Positions 9,778 to 20,300 of a stretch of DNA of 64,000 nucleotides are shown here, one piece after another. A model generated the notes under the pieces. That model had not been told where the DNA came from. It worked only from the letters and a program-made list of their open reading frames with translations, and made no database searches. The stretch spans positions 384,001 through 448,000 of the forward strand of contig OZ244991.1 of NCBI GenBank assembly GCA_965223335.1, given 5' to 3'. A program made the translations under genes and the position numbers. Numbering within the stretch: the stretch's first letter is position 1; each line of letters begins with the position of its first letter. This stretch comes from Thermodesulfobacteriota bacterium. GTDB taxonomy: Bacteria > Desulfobacterota_D > UBA1144 > Nemesobacterales > UBA2774.

Positions 9778-11127
9778 ATGACAAAGAGCGCCAAAGATAT
9801 AGACACACTAAACAGTAAGCTTAAAGAACACTTCGCAATAATATCGAAATGCACAGCGGACACAAAAAAATATGGCAGAGTCTTGCTGGCGTCCCCACCC
9901 ACCTCGCGTTATCCATATGTGTACCCAAGGGATACTAGCTGTGCTATGCAGCTCTTCAGGAGAGTTGCCGGGTCCAGTAACGGATACGACGTTGCCCCAG
10001 ATGCATTTAAAATCATGGAATCCATGGCGTACTTTATGAAAGAGGCCATATCCGAAGAAGGCTCATGGGGCCAGCGCTACAGCCTAGATACCGAGGACAA
10101 GAGCATATACAAGCAGGAGGACAACGTCGCACACGGCATATCTATAATCTGCAACTACCTGCTCACCGCCAATTATTTAAAAAAAGATATACCCGGACTC
10201 GATAAATACCTAAACTGCATCAACAACGCTTTGGATTACAGCTACCGCGTGCTCTATGAGAAGGAGCTAAATCTCTTTTACTCCACTACATCGGTACACG
10301 AATCGTCCATGGAGCAGGGCTACACATGCTGGGTAAATTTTTCGTTCCTATACGCTTATTCCCTGGCTAGCGAAGTCGCTAATGTGTTTAATAGCCAGAA
10401 CATTATCTCACCGAACCATCTTAGTTTCCGACACCACTTTTTATATTCGGTAAGCGAGCTGTTTATGTCGGGCAACAGGTATGTGAGGCGTACAGACCCC
10501 GAGGGCAACATCGATAACAGGCCCGACTTCACACTGCTAAGCCCTTTTTACTACGGCTTTCTACACTATAAACAGCAGATGGAAAACAGTGTGCACTTTA
10601 TCGAGAAGCAGCTATGGGACCCAGAGCTGGGAATGATGATGAGGTACCTACCCTTTTATAAAGACTTTGCCACACATGTCCATGCCGGCAACGGCCCCTG
10701 GCTTCAATACACTGCTATACTCGCACAGTTCCACTACTGGAACCAAAACATCGGCAGGGGGGACGAAATATTAAAGATCATAGACTCTTATAAAAATGAC
10801 AACGGTGAGATACCCGAGCACCTATCGACCTGCAGGAGGTTCGAAGAGTTTATGGAGCGCGAGTGGAAAACAGGCATAGATTTCGAAAAAGAATTCTATA
10901 AACCGATATTGCTGGACAATGTCGATTTCAACAAAATCCTCGAAGAAGCCAATAACATGAAAAGCTCGTATGAAGAAACAGGCAGCAGATGCATCTTCCG
11001 TGACGACAGCAGTGCCGAGGGCGGTTATATCCAGTTCGCCACCCCACTGATGTGGTCCCATGTGGAGTATGCCAGAGCTTTATTAGTTAGGGCCGGTGAT
11101 TGGTGGAAAATTCGCAGAGAAGAATAG
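9778..11127 (+). CDS. GH15-like (alpha/alpha)6 glycoside hydrolase
   Basis: YPYVYPRD, GEIPEH and PLMWSH motifs of the glucoamylase/trehalase fold; no signal peptide. Confidence 0.7.
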   Translation: MTKSAKDIDTLNSKLKEHFAIISKCTADTKKYGRVLLASPPTSRYPYVYPRDTSCAMQLFRRVAGSSNGYDVAPDAFKIMESMAYFMKEAISEEGSWGQRYSLDTEDKSIYKQEDNVAHGISIICNYLLTANYLKKDIPGLDKYLNCINNALDYSYRVLYEKELNLFYSTTSVHESSMEQGYTCWVNFSFLYAYSLASEVANVFNSQNIISPNHLSFRHHFLYSVSELFMSGNRYVRRTDPEGNIDNRPDFTLLSPFYYGFLHYKQQMENSVHFIEKQLWDPELGMMMRYLPFYKDFATHVHAGNGPWLQYTAILAQFHYWNQNIGRGDEILKIIDSYKNDNGEIPEHLSTCRRFEEFMEREWKTGIDFEKEFYKPILLDNVDFNKILEEANNMKSSYEETGSRCIFRDDSSAEGGYIQFATPLMWSHVEYARALLVRAGDWWKIRREE

Positions 11128-11185
11128 GATGTGTGCCGAAGTAGAACAAAATTAATTTTTCATGCGGTTCATTTAGCCTTAATCT

Positions 11186-11995
11186 ATGCAGGACGGAGCC
11201 CTATCAATGAGAAAATATCCTTATAAATTTATCGAGAAGCACACCATCATATTCATCGGCCTTACACTACTATTGCTCCCTCTCAGTGTTGTCGCAGCCG
11301 ATTTGGATGAGCTTAACAAACCTTATCAAGAAGTTCTTAAATCCTTCGTACAAAACGGGCTCGTAGACTACGGAAGCCTAAAAGACAAAGATGCTATCGA
11401 AAGATTTCTTGAGGAGGGCAGCAAAATAACCCAAAACGAGTTTGGGCAATGGACAGAGGAGGCCAAGCTCGCTTACCTGATCAATCTCTACAATGCATAC
11501 ACACTTAAACTCATAAAGGATCACTACCCGATAAAGAGCATAAAAGATATAAACCTTAAAGGAGCAGGGCCTTGGGATATCCCTATCGTAAAATACCTTG
11601 GCAAGGACATTACGCTTAACCAACTCGAGTACGACATAATCCTAAAGGAATACGATGAACCCAGGGTACATTTTGCTCTGGTCTGTGCCGCATTGGGATG
11701 CCCGGTTCTGCTGAACAAACCGTATACGGGAGAAATGCTGGATACTCAACTCGAGGAACAAACAAAACTGTTCTTAGGGGATAAAACAAAAAACTACTAC
11801 GAGCAAGGCAAAAACACCTTACACCTATCACCCATATTCAAATGGTTTGGGCCCCAGTTCGATACTAAGTACGGCTCAGTTCTCGAATTTGTAACACCAC
11901 ACATCCCGGGGCTAGAAGACGCGAGAGGAGCGGGTCAAGCTGTAAGCATCGAATACACGGATTACGATTGGTCTCTAAATGATATAACAAAATAG
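11186..11995 (+). CDS. DUF547 family exported protein
   Basis: LAYLINLYNAY, EPRVHFALVCAALGCP, LSPIFKWF, YDWSLN; N-terminal signal peptide. Confidence 0.88.
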   Translation: MQDGALSMRKYPYKFIEKHTIIFIGLTLLLLPLSVVAADLDELNKPYQEVLKSFVQNGLVDYGSLKDKDAIERFLEEGSKITQNEFGQWTEEAKLAYLINLYNAYTLKLIKDHYPIKSIKDINLKGAGPWDIPIVKYLGKDITLNQLEYDIILKEYDEPRVHFALVCAALGCPVLLNKPYTGEMLDTQLEEQTKLFLGDKTKNYYEQGKNTLHLSPIFKWFGPQFDTKYGSVLEFVTPHIPGLEDARGAGQAVSIEYTDYDWSLNDITK

Positions 11996-12066
11996 ATCTT
12001 ATCATTGCACTTACTGCGTATATGGATAGATGTAATTCTAAGTGCTAAGACCATGGAGATTCCTTT

Positions 12067-14457
12067 TTGATACAGGCAATTAGAAACTATACAAAGTGGC
12101 TCCACACACAGTGGCCTGCAGGTATTGTAGAGAAGCTACCCGATGTTAAAGAGGACTATTCCACAAATGTGCCGGGGCTATATATCGTAGGCGACCTCAC
12201 CGGTATCCCACTGCTCAAATTCTCTTCCGATTCCGGTGCCAGGGCCGTCATGAATATACTGAGCGACCCTAAATTTAAACGAGTAGACCCGTCGAACGAC
12301 GACCCCGAGGTTCTCGACCTAGTGATTATCGGAGCCGGGGTCTCTGGGATGGCTGCAGCACTCGAGGCCAAAAAGGAAAACCTCAGATTCGAAATACTCG
12401 AGGCCACAGAGCCTTTTTCCACAATAGTCAACTTCCCCAAGGGCAAACCCATCTACACCTACCCAACAGAGATGATCCCCGAGGGCGATCTACAGTTCAC
12501 AAAGGACGTTAAAGAACCCCTTCTAGAAGAGCTTAAGGCAGAGACTCTAGGCAAGGGAATAAGCCCTAAAATAGCCCATGTCGAAAAGGTTACACGTTCG
12601 GGGGGCAGGTTCGAAATAACTATTCCTAACGGTGAGAACCTGGTTGCAAACAGGGTGATCGTGGGTATAGGGCGCTCGGGCAACTTTAGAAAACTAGGGG
12701 TGGCGGGCGAGGATAAAGACAAGGTTTTTAACCGCCTACACGACCCAATGGATTTTGAGGGGAAGAACGTTTTAGTAGTCGGCGGGGGCGACAGCGCACT
12801 CGAAACATCTATAGCTGTGGCGCGTGCCGGGGGCTTGGTAACCCTATCCTATCGCAAAAAGGAGTTCTCAAGGCCAAAACCCGAAAACCTGGAATGCCTG
12901 AACCTGCTTATTGCAGACCCCATGGCCGATGTGGCCGTAGAAACCCCTGTGTCTGAGAGGATCACCACCAGCACAGGTGATTTTATGCCCAAGGAGCATC
13001 CGCCCGGCAAGATCAACCTGATGATGGAGAGTCGGATAAAAAATATCGGGGACACGGACGTCACTATAGTAGATGCGACGGGCAGTGAGCAAACTCTACT
13101 CAACGATGCGGTGTTTACGATGATCGGGCGCAAGGCCCCTCTCGATTTCTTCAGACGCAGCGGAGTAAACATCAAGGGCGAGTTCAGCATATTGGGTTGG
13201 GCAACACTGGTGCTATCCCTCATATTTTTTACGTTTGTGTACAACTGGAAGGCGGGCGGGTCACTAACAAAGCTGTTCCAGAAAAACGAGTGGTTCCCGT
13301 TTAATCTTCCCAATATATATGCCGGGTTCAGCGAGTCGTTCCAGCAGATGGCAGCCGATCCACAAACACTGATCGGCACTCTTACAACCACTATATCAGA
13401 GCCAGGATTCTATTACTCCCTGCTCTACACACTCATTATAATCATCTTCGGTATCCTACGTATCAGACGCAGGAAAACCCCTTATATCACAGTACAAACC
13501 ATATCACTTACACTCTTTCAGGTAATCCCACTTTTTCTGCTCCCCTACATAGTGCTTCCGTACCTGGGCAATAACGGTGCGTTTGATTCCGGGGTGTGGA
13601 AAACTGTGGCCGACGCACTCTTTCCCGAGGTCAATTACGGACACGGCAGGGCATACTGGCGAGCGTTCGGGTTCATACTGGCCTGGCCGTTATTTATCTG
13701 GAACGTGTTTAGCCAGCAGCCCCTTTGGACATGGCTTGTGATAAGCCTGGTGCAAACCTTTGTTATTATCCCGGTGATTATCTACTACTGGGGCAAGGGG
13801 GCATACTGCGGGTGGATATGCTCGTGCGGGGCTATGGCAGAGACACTCGGAGACACAGAGCGCCATAAAATGCCGCACGGTGCATTCTGGAACAGAATGA
13901 ATATGATAGGCCAGGTTATCCTCGCAATCGCATTTATATTGTTAATTGCTCGTATAGTAAGCTGGGCCTCACCCTCAAGCTATATTGGAGGGGGGTTTAA
14001 CGATCTCTATACCGGCCTCTTATACAGGTGGAAACCGTTTGGCATCCAGCTTAACTACAAATGGTTCGTAGACCTGTTTTTGGCCGGGATCATAGGGTAC
14101 GGGCTCTATTTTTGGTACAGCGGTCGGGTATGGTGCAGGTTCATGTGCCCCCTTGCAGCATTGATGCACATATTTGCACGGTTCAGCAGGTTTAGGATTA
14201 TTGCCGATAAAAAGAAATGCATATCGTGCAATGTATGCACCTCGGTCTGTCACCAGGGTATCGATATAATGAACTTTGCCAATAAGGGGTTGCCCATGAA
14301 CGACCCCGAGTGTGTACGCTGCAGCGCATGTGTGCAGTCCTGTCCCACAGGTGTGCTCCAGTTCGGTCAGGTTAATCCCCGAAATGACGAGGTAATAAGC
14401 ATAGACTCTCTTCAAGCATCCCCAGTAATCATGAGGGAAAAACTAAAACAGAAATAG
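12067..14457 (+). CDS. Thioredoxin-reductase-like FAD/NADPH oxidoreductase fused to a NapH/CcoG-like membrane polyferredoxin
   Basis: IIGAGVSG, VVGGGDSALE, SYRK; multiple TM helices; CGWICSC, CRFMCP, two CxxCxxCxxxC motifs. Confidence 0.8.
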   Translation: MIQAIRNYTKWLHTQWPAGIVEKLPDVKEDYSTNVPGLYIVGDLTGIPLLKFSSDSGARAVMNILSDPKFKRVDPSNDDPEVLDLVIIGAGVSGMAAALEAKKENLRFEILEATEPFSTIVNFPKGKPIYTYPTEMIPEGDLQFTKDVKEPLLEELKAETLGKGISPKIAHVEKVTRSGGRFEITIPNGENLVANRVIVGIGRSGNFRKLGVAGEDKDKVFNRLHDPMDFEGKNVLVVGGGDSALETSIAVARAGGLVTLSYRKKEFSRPKPENLECLNLLIADPMADVAVETPVSERITTSTGDFMPKEHPPGKINLMMESRIKNIGDTDVTIVDATGSEQTLLNDAVFTMIGRKAPLDFFRRSGVNIKGEFSILGWATLVLSLIFFTFVYNWKAGGSLTKLFQKNEWFPFNLPNIYAGFSESFQQMAADPQTLIGTLTTTISEPGFYYSLLYTLIIIIFGILRIRRRKTPYITVQTISLTLFQVIPLFLLPYIVLPYLGNNGAFDSGVWKTVADALFPEVNYGHGRAYWRAFGFILAWPLFIWNVFSQQPLWTWLVISLVQTFVIIPVIIYYWGKGAYCGWICSCGAMAETLGDTERHKMPHGAFWNRMNMIGQVILAIAFILLIARIVSWASPSSYIGGGFNDLYTGLLYRWKPFGIQLNYKWFVDLFLAGIIGYGLYFWYSGRVWCRFMCPLAALMHIFARFSRFRIIADKKKCISCNVCTSVCHQGIDIMNFANKGLPMNDPECVRCSACVQSCPTGVLQFGQVNPRNDEVISIDSLQASPVIMREKLKQK

Positions 14458-14493
14458 ACCCAAACGCTCAGCCGAACCTGTATAATAATCCAA

Positions 14494-15186
14494 ATGAGAC
14501 CAGTTGTTACAGTAATAATCCCCGCTTACAACGAAGAGCTATCGATCGCTAGTGTCATAGACGATATCCCCCGCGAGATTGTTAACGAGATAGTGGTGGT
14601 CAATAACGGCTCCACAGACAACACCGCGGCACTGGCAGAGAGTGTAGGCGCAACGGTCGTCGATGAGAGGAGAAGGGGGTACGGCTCGGCCTGTCTCGGG
14701 GGTATGGATTACATAAGCCGAAACGGTTCCCGGCCCGACATTGTAGTGTTTTTGGACGGTGACTACTCTGACCACCCTGACCAACTGCCAAGCTTGATCG
14801 CACCCATTATTGAAAAAGATATGGACCTCGTGATCGGGTCTAGGAAACTGGGGGTGAGCGAACCGGGGGCAATACTGCCGCAGGCGAGGTTTGGAAACGC
14901 GCTAGCCACAAGCCTAATCAAACTACTATACGGAGTAAGCTTCACCGATTTGGGACCGTTTAGGGCCATTAAGTATGACAAACTTATGGCACTGGACATG
15001 CAGGACAAAACATATGGCTGGACAGTAGAGATGCAGGTAAAGGCAGCCAAATTGGGGCTAAAATGCTGCGAGGTCCCAGTCAGCTATCGAAAGAGGATCG
15101 GGGTCTCTAAGATCACAGGTACAGTAACCGGCTCTGTTAAAGCCGGCTACATGATACTATGGACTATATTTAAGAATTTGTTTTAA
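14494..15186 (+). CDS. Glycosyltransferase family 2 (Dpm1-like)
   Basis: IIPAYNEE, NNGSTD, GYGSA, FLDGD. Confidence 0.9.
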   Translation: MRPVVTVIIPAYNEELSIASVIDDIPREIVNEIVVVNNGSTDNTAALAESVGATVVDERRRGYGSACLGGMDYISRNGSRPDIVVFLDGDYSDHPDQLPSLIAPIIEKDMDLVIGSRKLGVSEPGAILPQARFGNALATSLIKLLYGVSFTDLGPFRAIKYDKLMALDMQDKTYGWTVEMQVKAAKLGLKCCEVPVSYRKRIGVSKITGTVTGSVKAGYMILWTIFKNLF

Positions 15187-15197
15187 AGGCCGGGCAA

Positions 15198-15593
15198 TCA
15201 CCACCCCCACGGTGCTCCCATCCATCCCCAAAGCCCCACATTCATTGCGGCATCCTCATTCATGATCGCGGTCTGCTGTTCTGTATTGGCCAGATTGGAC
15301 TCGTACAGCATCTTTTCGTACCTTTGGTACGCGTCGGCATCACCCGTATACACACATTTACAGTTCTCGGGGTCCGCATACCAGTATAGGGGTTTGTTAT
15401 ACCTTATGCTGTACTCGATCTTATTAGGAGTAAGTGAGTTAAGTTTAGCCATCTGTTGTTCATTCTCCGCAGGCACCATCTTAAATCCCGCAGCGACCAG
15501 CATCTCCTCTGTGCTCTGGGTCTCGCTGTTTTTTACAGCTGCGCAACCCAATGTCATGATAACGAGCATTGCAAACAGCATGATCCTATTCAT
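15198..15593 (-). CDS. Hypothetical lipoprotein
   Basis: Lipobox TLGC; AGGAG RBS; CxC motif; Trp/Gly-rich tail. Confidence 0.7.
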   Translation of the reverse strand: MNRIMLFAMLVIMTLGCAAVKNSETQSTEEMLVAAGFKMVPAENEQQMAKLNSLTPNKIEYSIRYNKPLYWYADPENCKCVYTGDADAYQRYEKMLYESNLANTEQQTAIMNEDAAMNVGLWGWMGAPWGW

Positions 15594-15732
15594 AGCTTTC
15601 TCCTCTTTTTACCATTACTGAGGTTGTTTGATTTCGTCAAGTATCTCATGATCTATACATATTGACAAGCATCTATACAAAATGGAATAATGCACTAAAT
15701 AGTCAGCCATTAAATACCCCGGGTGGTGATTA

Positions 15733-16548
15733 TTGCTAGTACCTGACACGTTTTTAGGCGGGATCCTGGTCCTTTGGTTTCTACTAACCGCAGGCTCACT
15801 GCTATTTCTTCTCTACGACCTGTTCACCAACACCCCGTCCATGTGGGTAATGAAACTGGCGTGGATACTGATTGTGCTATATGCAGGCCCCATAGGGCTG
15901 TTCGTGTATATGCTCTCGTGTCGCCAGCCCATAGACGGCACCCACGATGAGTTCATTGCACCTCACTGGAAGCAGGCTGTGGGCTCACTCATACACTGTG
16001 TTGCAGGAGACGCCACGGGCATCATACTCGCCGCAGTTGTCACATATCATCTAGCGCTGCCAAACGGCATAGACCTCATCATAGAATACGCAACTGCATA
16101 CGTATTCGGCCTCTTTATATTCCAGGCGCTTTTTATGAAATCCTCGATGGGTGGCAGCTATCTGGGAGCGGTAAAGAACACAATTTACTCTGAAACAGTT
16201 TCGATGAATATGGTCATGGTAGGGATGATCCCCGTGATGGCAATTCTCAGAAGCAAGTTGCCGGGTGGTGATGATCCGAACGGACTTGTATTTTGGGGCA
16301 TAGCATCTTTAGCCGCAATAGCGGGGGGCATAACCGCGTACCCGATTAATTCATGGCTGGTACGAAGCGGCCTTAAGCACGGCATGCTCACAGCATCGTC
16401 TAGCACACCCACAGGAGGGCATGACATGCACATGATGCAACATAAACCCTCACCGGTTGTACTAACCGGTGTTATGATCGCGACTTTTGTGTGCCTGGCA
16501 CTGGTAATCTGGCTCACCTCGCGCGTGATCGTGCTCAGTCTCGGGTAA
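15733..16548 (+). CDS. DUF4396 family membrane protein
   Basis: HCVAGDATG, YPINSWLVRSGLKHGM, His/Met patch. Confidence 0.8.
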   Translation: MLVPDTFLGGILVLWFLLTAGSLLFLLYDLFTNTPSMWVMKLAWILIVLYAGPIGLFVYMLSCRQPIDGTHDEFIAPHWKQAVGSLIHCVAGDATGIILAAVVTYHLALPNGIDLIIEYATAYVFGLFIFQALFMKSSMGGSYLGAVKNTIYSETVSMNMVMVGMIPVMAILRSKLPGGDDPNGLVFWGIASLAAIAGGITAYPINSWLVRSGLKHGMLTASSSTPTGGHDMHMMQHKPSPVVLTGVMIATFVCLALVIWLTSRVIVLSLG

Positions 16549-16556
16549 CAACACGA

Positions 16557-17327
16557 CTAGACTATGTAAGCCAAAGCCGCCATTAAGCCAAGTCCACAAA
16601 TTACGGCTGCGAACTTAATCCACTCATTGCCGGGGATTGAGAACTCTTCCTCAATAATATCTAGCACTGAAACATATAGGAAAGTACCGGCTGCAAGCGA
16701 ATCGAACACACCTTCAAGCACACGCCCCGTGTGGCTTGAGAAAAGCTCTGCGATCCCCGAACCAAATAGAATCCCCATGGGTGTCATACAGCTAAAGAGC
16801 AATACTACACGTATGTGTTTTTTTAGAGCTATTGCCGCACGCCGAAGACTTATCCCCAACGCAAACGCTGCAGAGCCCTTATGTGCAATTATTGCGATAA
16901 ACAGAACTATCGATGCCATAAATGCTTTTTCGATCCCAAGCGTAATCCCTGCAATAAACGAATGTATCGAGAGCACTACTGCCAGTAAGTAGGGGTAATA
17001 CGACGGGGCCTCAGCTACTTTATCGAGATCGCGTGACTCCGTCTCGATAAATAGAACTTTTTCAATAAACAGCAGTACGGCCAGACTCAAAGCACATAAA
17101 AGCAATGCCAATGGGTATTGAGACTCGTTGGCCAAGAGCTCAATACCATCGGGTAACAGATGCAGCAAACCTGCACCTAGAAACACCCCTCCGGCGAGGG
17201 AGTTGCCTATAGAGAAAAACAGTTGGTTCGATTTTGTAACCTGGTAGCGAAGCGGGAATAACCCGCTAGCAAACCCGATAGAAAATACAATTAGTACGGC
17301 AAGTACTTTAAAATAGAAAATATCCAT
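16557..17327 (-). CDS. ZIP family divalent metal transporter
   Basis: GGVFLGAGLLHLLPD, HSFIAG, AIIAHK, AGTFLYV. Confidence 0.88.
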   Translation of the reverse strand: MDIFYFKVLAVLIVFSIGFASGLFPLRYQVTKSNQLFFSIGNSLAGGVFLGAGLLHLLPDGIELLANESQYPLALLLCALSLAVLLFIEKVLFIETESRDLDKVAEAPSYYPYLLAVVLSIHSFIAGITLGIEKAFMASIVLFIAIIAHKGSAAFALGISLRRAAIALKKHIRVVLLFSCMTPMGILFGSGIAELFSSHTGRVLEGVFDSLAAGTFLYVSVLDIIEEEFSIPGNEWIKFAAVICGLGLMAALAYIV

Positions 17328-17340
17328 TGTTTAAGAGTTG

Positions 17341-20300
17341 TTACGCTTTAGAGACCCTCTCTCTAAGCCTCTCAATCAGCACATAAAACACCGGTACGAC
17401 GATTAAACTAAGAAGTGTTGAGAGTATCATCCCTCCGAACACCGCTGTGCCGAGCGAATGCCTGCTGTTGGCACCGGCCCCCGAAGCAAATACGAGCGGC
17501 AATACCCCCAAAATAAACGCAAATGCCGTCATGAGAATGGGACGAAGCCTTATTGTGGCAGCCTCCATCGCAGCCTCTACGACAGTAAGCCCCTCATCCC
17601 GCCGCCTCCTGGCAAACTCTACAATCAAGATTGCGTTTTTACTAGCCAGTCCGATCAGCATAACCAACCCGATTTGGCAGTACACATCGTTGGATAGCCC
17701 CCTAAGGTGCTGTGCCAAAAGTGCACCTAAGAGTGCCAGAGGCACAGCAAACATCACCATGAAGGGCATGGACCAGCTTTCGTATAGCGCAGCTAAGAAC
17801 AGAAACACAAACACAATCGACATAGCAAAGATCATGGGAGCCATATTGCCTGCCTTTATCTCCTGATACGATGTGCCCGACCACTCATAGCCCATCCCAT
17901 CGGGCAGTATCTCTGCTGCCAGCTCCTCCATGGCCTCGATAGCCTCGCCCGAGCTATAGCCCGGCGCCGCGTCACCGTCTATCTCGGCTGCGCGATAGAG
18001 GTTATAGTGGTAGATGGTCTCCGCTCCCACAACCGGTTTTATATCAATCAGCGTGCTAAGCGGCACCATCTCTCCCAGATTGTTACGCACATACAGTTTA
18101 GATATATCACGGGCATCCGAGCGAAAATCCTCCTCTGCCTGTATAAAAACCCTGTATACACGCCCGTATTTATTAAAGTCATTAACGTAGAGGGAGCCCA
18201 GATAGGCCTGGAGGGTGTCGAAAATATCCGATATGAGTATGCCCTGTGTCATAGCTTTTGTTCTATTGAGATCGACATAAATCCTGGGGATATTGTTATT
18301 AAAAGTACTGAATAGATCAACCAAATCGGGCCTCTGGCTCCCCTTACCTATCATCTCCCGAGTTACCTGTCCAAGAGTTTCCAAGCCCAAACTGTTTCGA
18401 TCCTGAAGCTCGAACTGGAACCCGCCGGTGGAGCTAAGCCCCTGTATAGGCGGTGCGTTAAACGCAATGAGTATGGCTCCCTGGATACCTGCGATTTTTT
18501 CTCTTACGCTGGCTAGTATGTTTTGGAACTGAAGCTTTGAGGTATTGCGCTTTGACCAAGGTTCGAGCACGGGGAAAATCGCCCCGCTGTTTGAGTCCGA
18601 TGCACCTGTGAGGAAATTCATCCCTGTGATCGATACAACATTTGCTACCCCGGGTGTGTCCTGCAGCATTTTCTCGGCCTGTTCCACTACCTCGTTTGTC
18701 CTGTCGAGCGATGCCCCCTCGGGCCCCTGTACATTGATAATAAAATAGCCCTGGTCCTCTTCCGGCACAAACCCCGTAGGCACGATCTTAAACATGTATA
18801 GTGTTAAGCCAAACAAAACCAGAAATACTGCTAAGAGTATCTTCCATCTTATAGTGAACAGATCTACCCATCCCGTATACGCCTCACGAAACATATCAAA
18901 CATGTCGTCAAACTTCCTAAACAACCAGTTTTTTTGCCCAGTCTCTTTTCTAAGGATCAAAGCACAAAGTGCCGGGCTTAGCGTAAGCGCATTTATAGCA
19001 GATATTCCCACGGCACACGCAATTGTAAGTGCAAACTGCCTATACAACTGCCCTGTGATACCGGGCATAAAAGAGACCGGAACAAACACTGCCATAAGCA
19101 CAAGCGATGTAGCTACAATAGGCCCGGTCACCTCTTTCATAGCCCGGCTTGTGGCCTCTTTTGGAGAGAGGCTCTCCTCCTGAATAATCCTGGACACATT
19201 CTCCACAACCACTATTGCATCGTCGACAACAAGCCCTATTGCCAACACAAGTCCAAAAAGCGTGAGGGTGTTAATCGAGAATCCAAGCGCATTGATAAGT
19301 GCGAAAGTCCCGATTAACGAGACCGGTATCGTAATGGCAGGGATGAGTGTAGACCTAAAGTTCTGAAGAAATATGAAAACAACAAGAAACACCAGTATGA
19401 AGGCCTCAAACAGTGTGATCACAACCTCGGTGATCGACGCTTTCACAAACGATGTCGTGTCATAAATGATCCGGTACTCCACGCCCTCGGGAAAGCTCTT
19501 CGATAGCTCTTCCATCTTTGCCCGGACCTGCTTATCGATATCGAGCGCATTAGCACCCGGGAGCTGATATATCCCGATCCCTATAGCCTCTATACCATCT
19601 AGCTTGCTTATGGTGCTATAGTCCTCGGCCCCAAGCTCCACCCTTCCGATATCCTTCACACGAACCACGGTACCGTCGGGATTGGCACGGATTATTATTT
19701 CTTCGAACTCTTCTACGGTATCGAGTCTGCCGAGTGCGCTCACCGTGTACTGGAATTTTTGCCCCTTAGGAAATGGAGGCTCACCGATAGAGCCTGCTGC
19801 AACCTGAACGTTCTGCTGCTCTATTGCACCCACAACATCGTTCGTGGTAAGCCCGAGGCTTGCCAATTTATCTGGGTTCATCCACACACGCATCGAGTAT
19901 GTACGCTCTCCCCAGATCGTTAGATTCCCCACGCCGGGGATTCTTTTTAGCACATCCTCGATATGTATATCGATATAGTTGCTGAGGTATACACCGTCAC
20001 GGCTGCCGTCTGGGGATATCAGGTGCACTGCCAAGATGAGGCTTGTGGACTGCTTATTTACCGATATACCGTACTTGCTTACCTCCTCCGGCACCCTGGG
20101 CTTTGCTAGCTCTACTCTATTTTGCACGTCCACAGCGGCAATATCGAGATCGTAGCCGATCTTGAATGTCACTGTAATAGTCATGGTACCGTCATCGGAG
20201 CTGTTAGACGACATATAGGTCATTCCCTCTACACCGTTTATCTGCTCCTCTATCGGGGTGGTTACGGTCTGTTCAACCACCTCGGCGCTGGCACCTGTAT

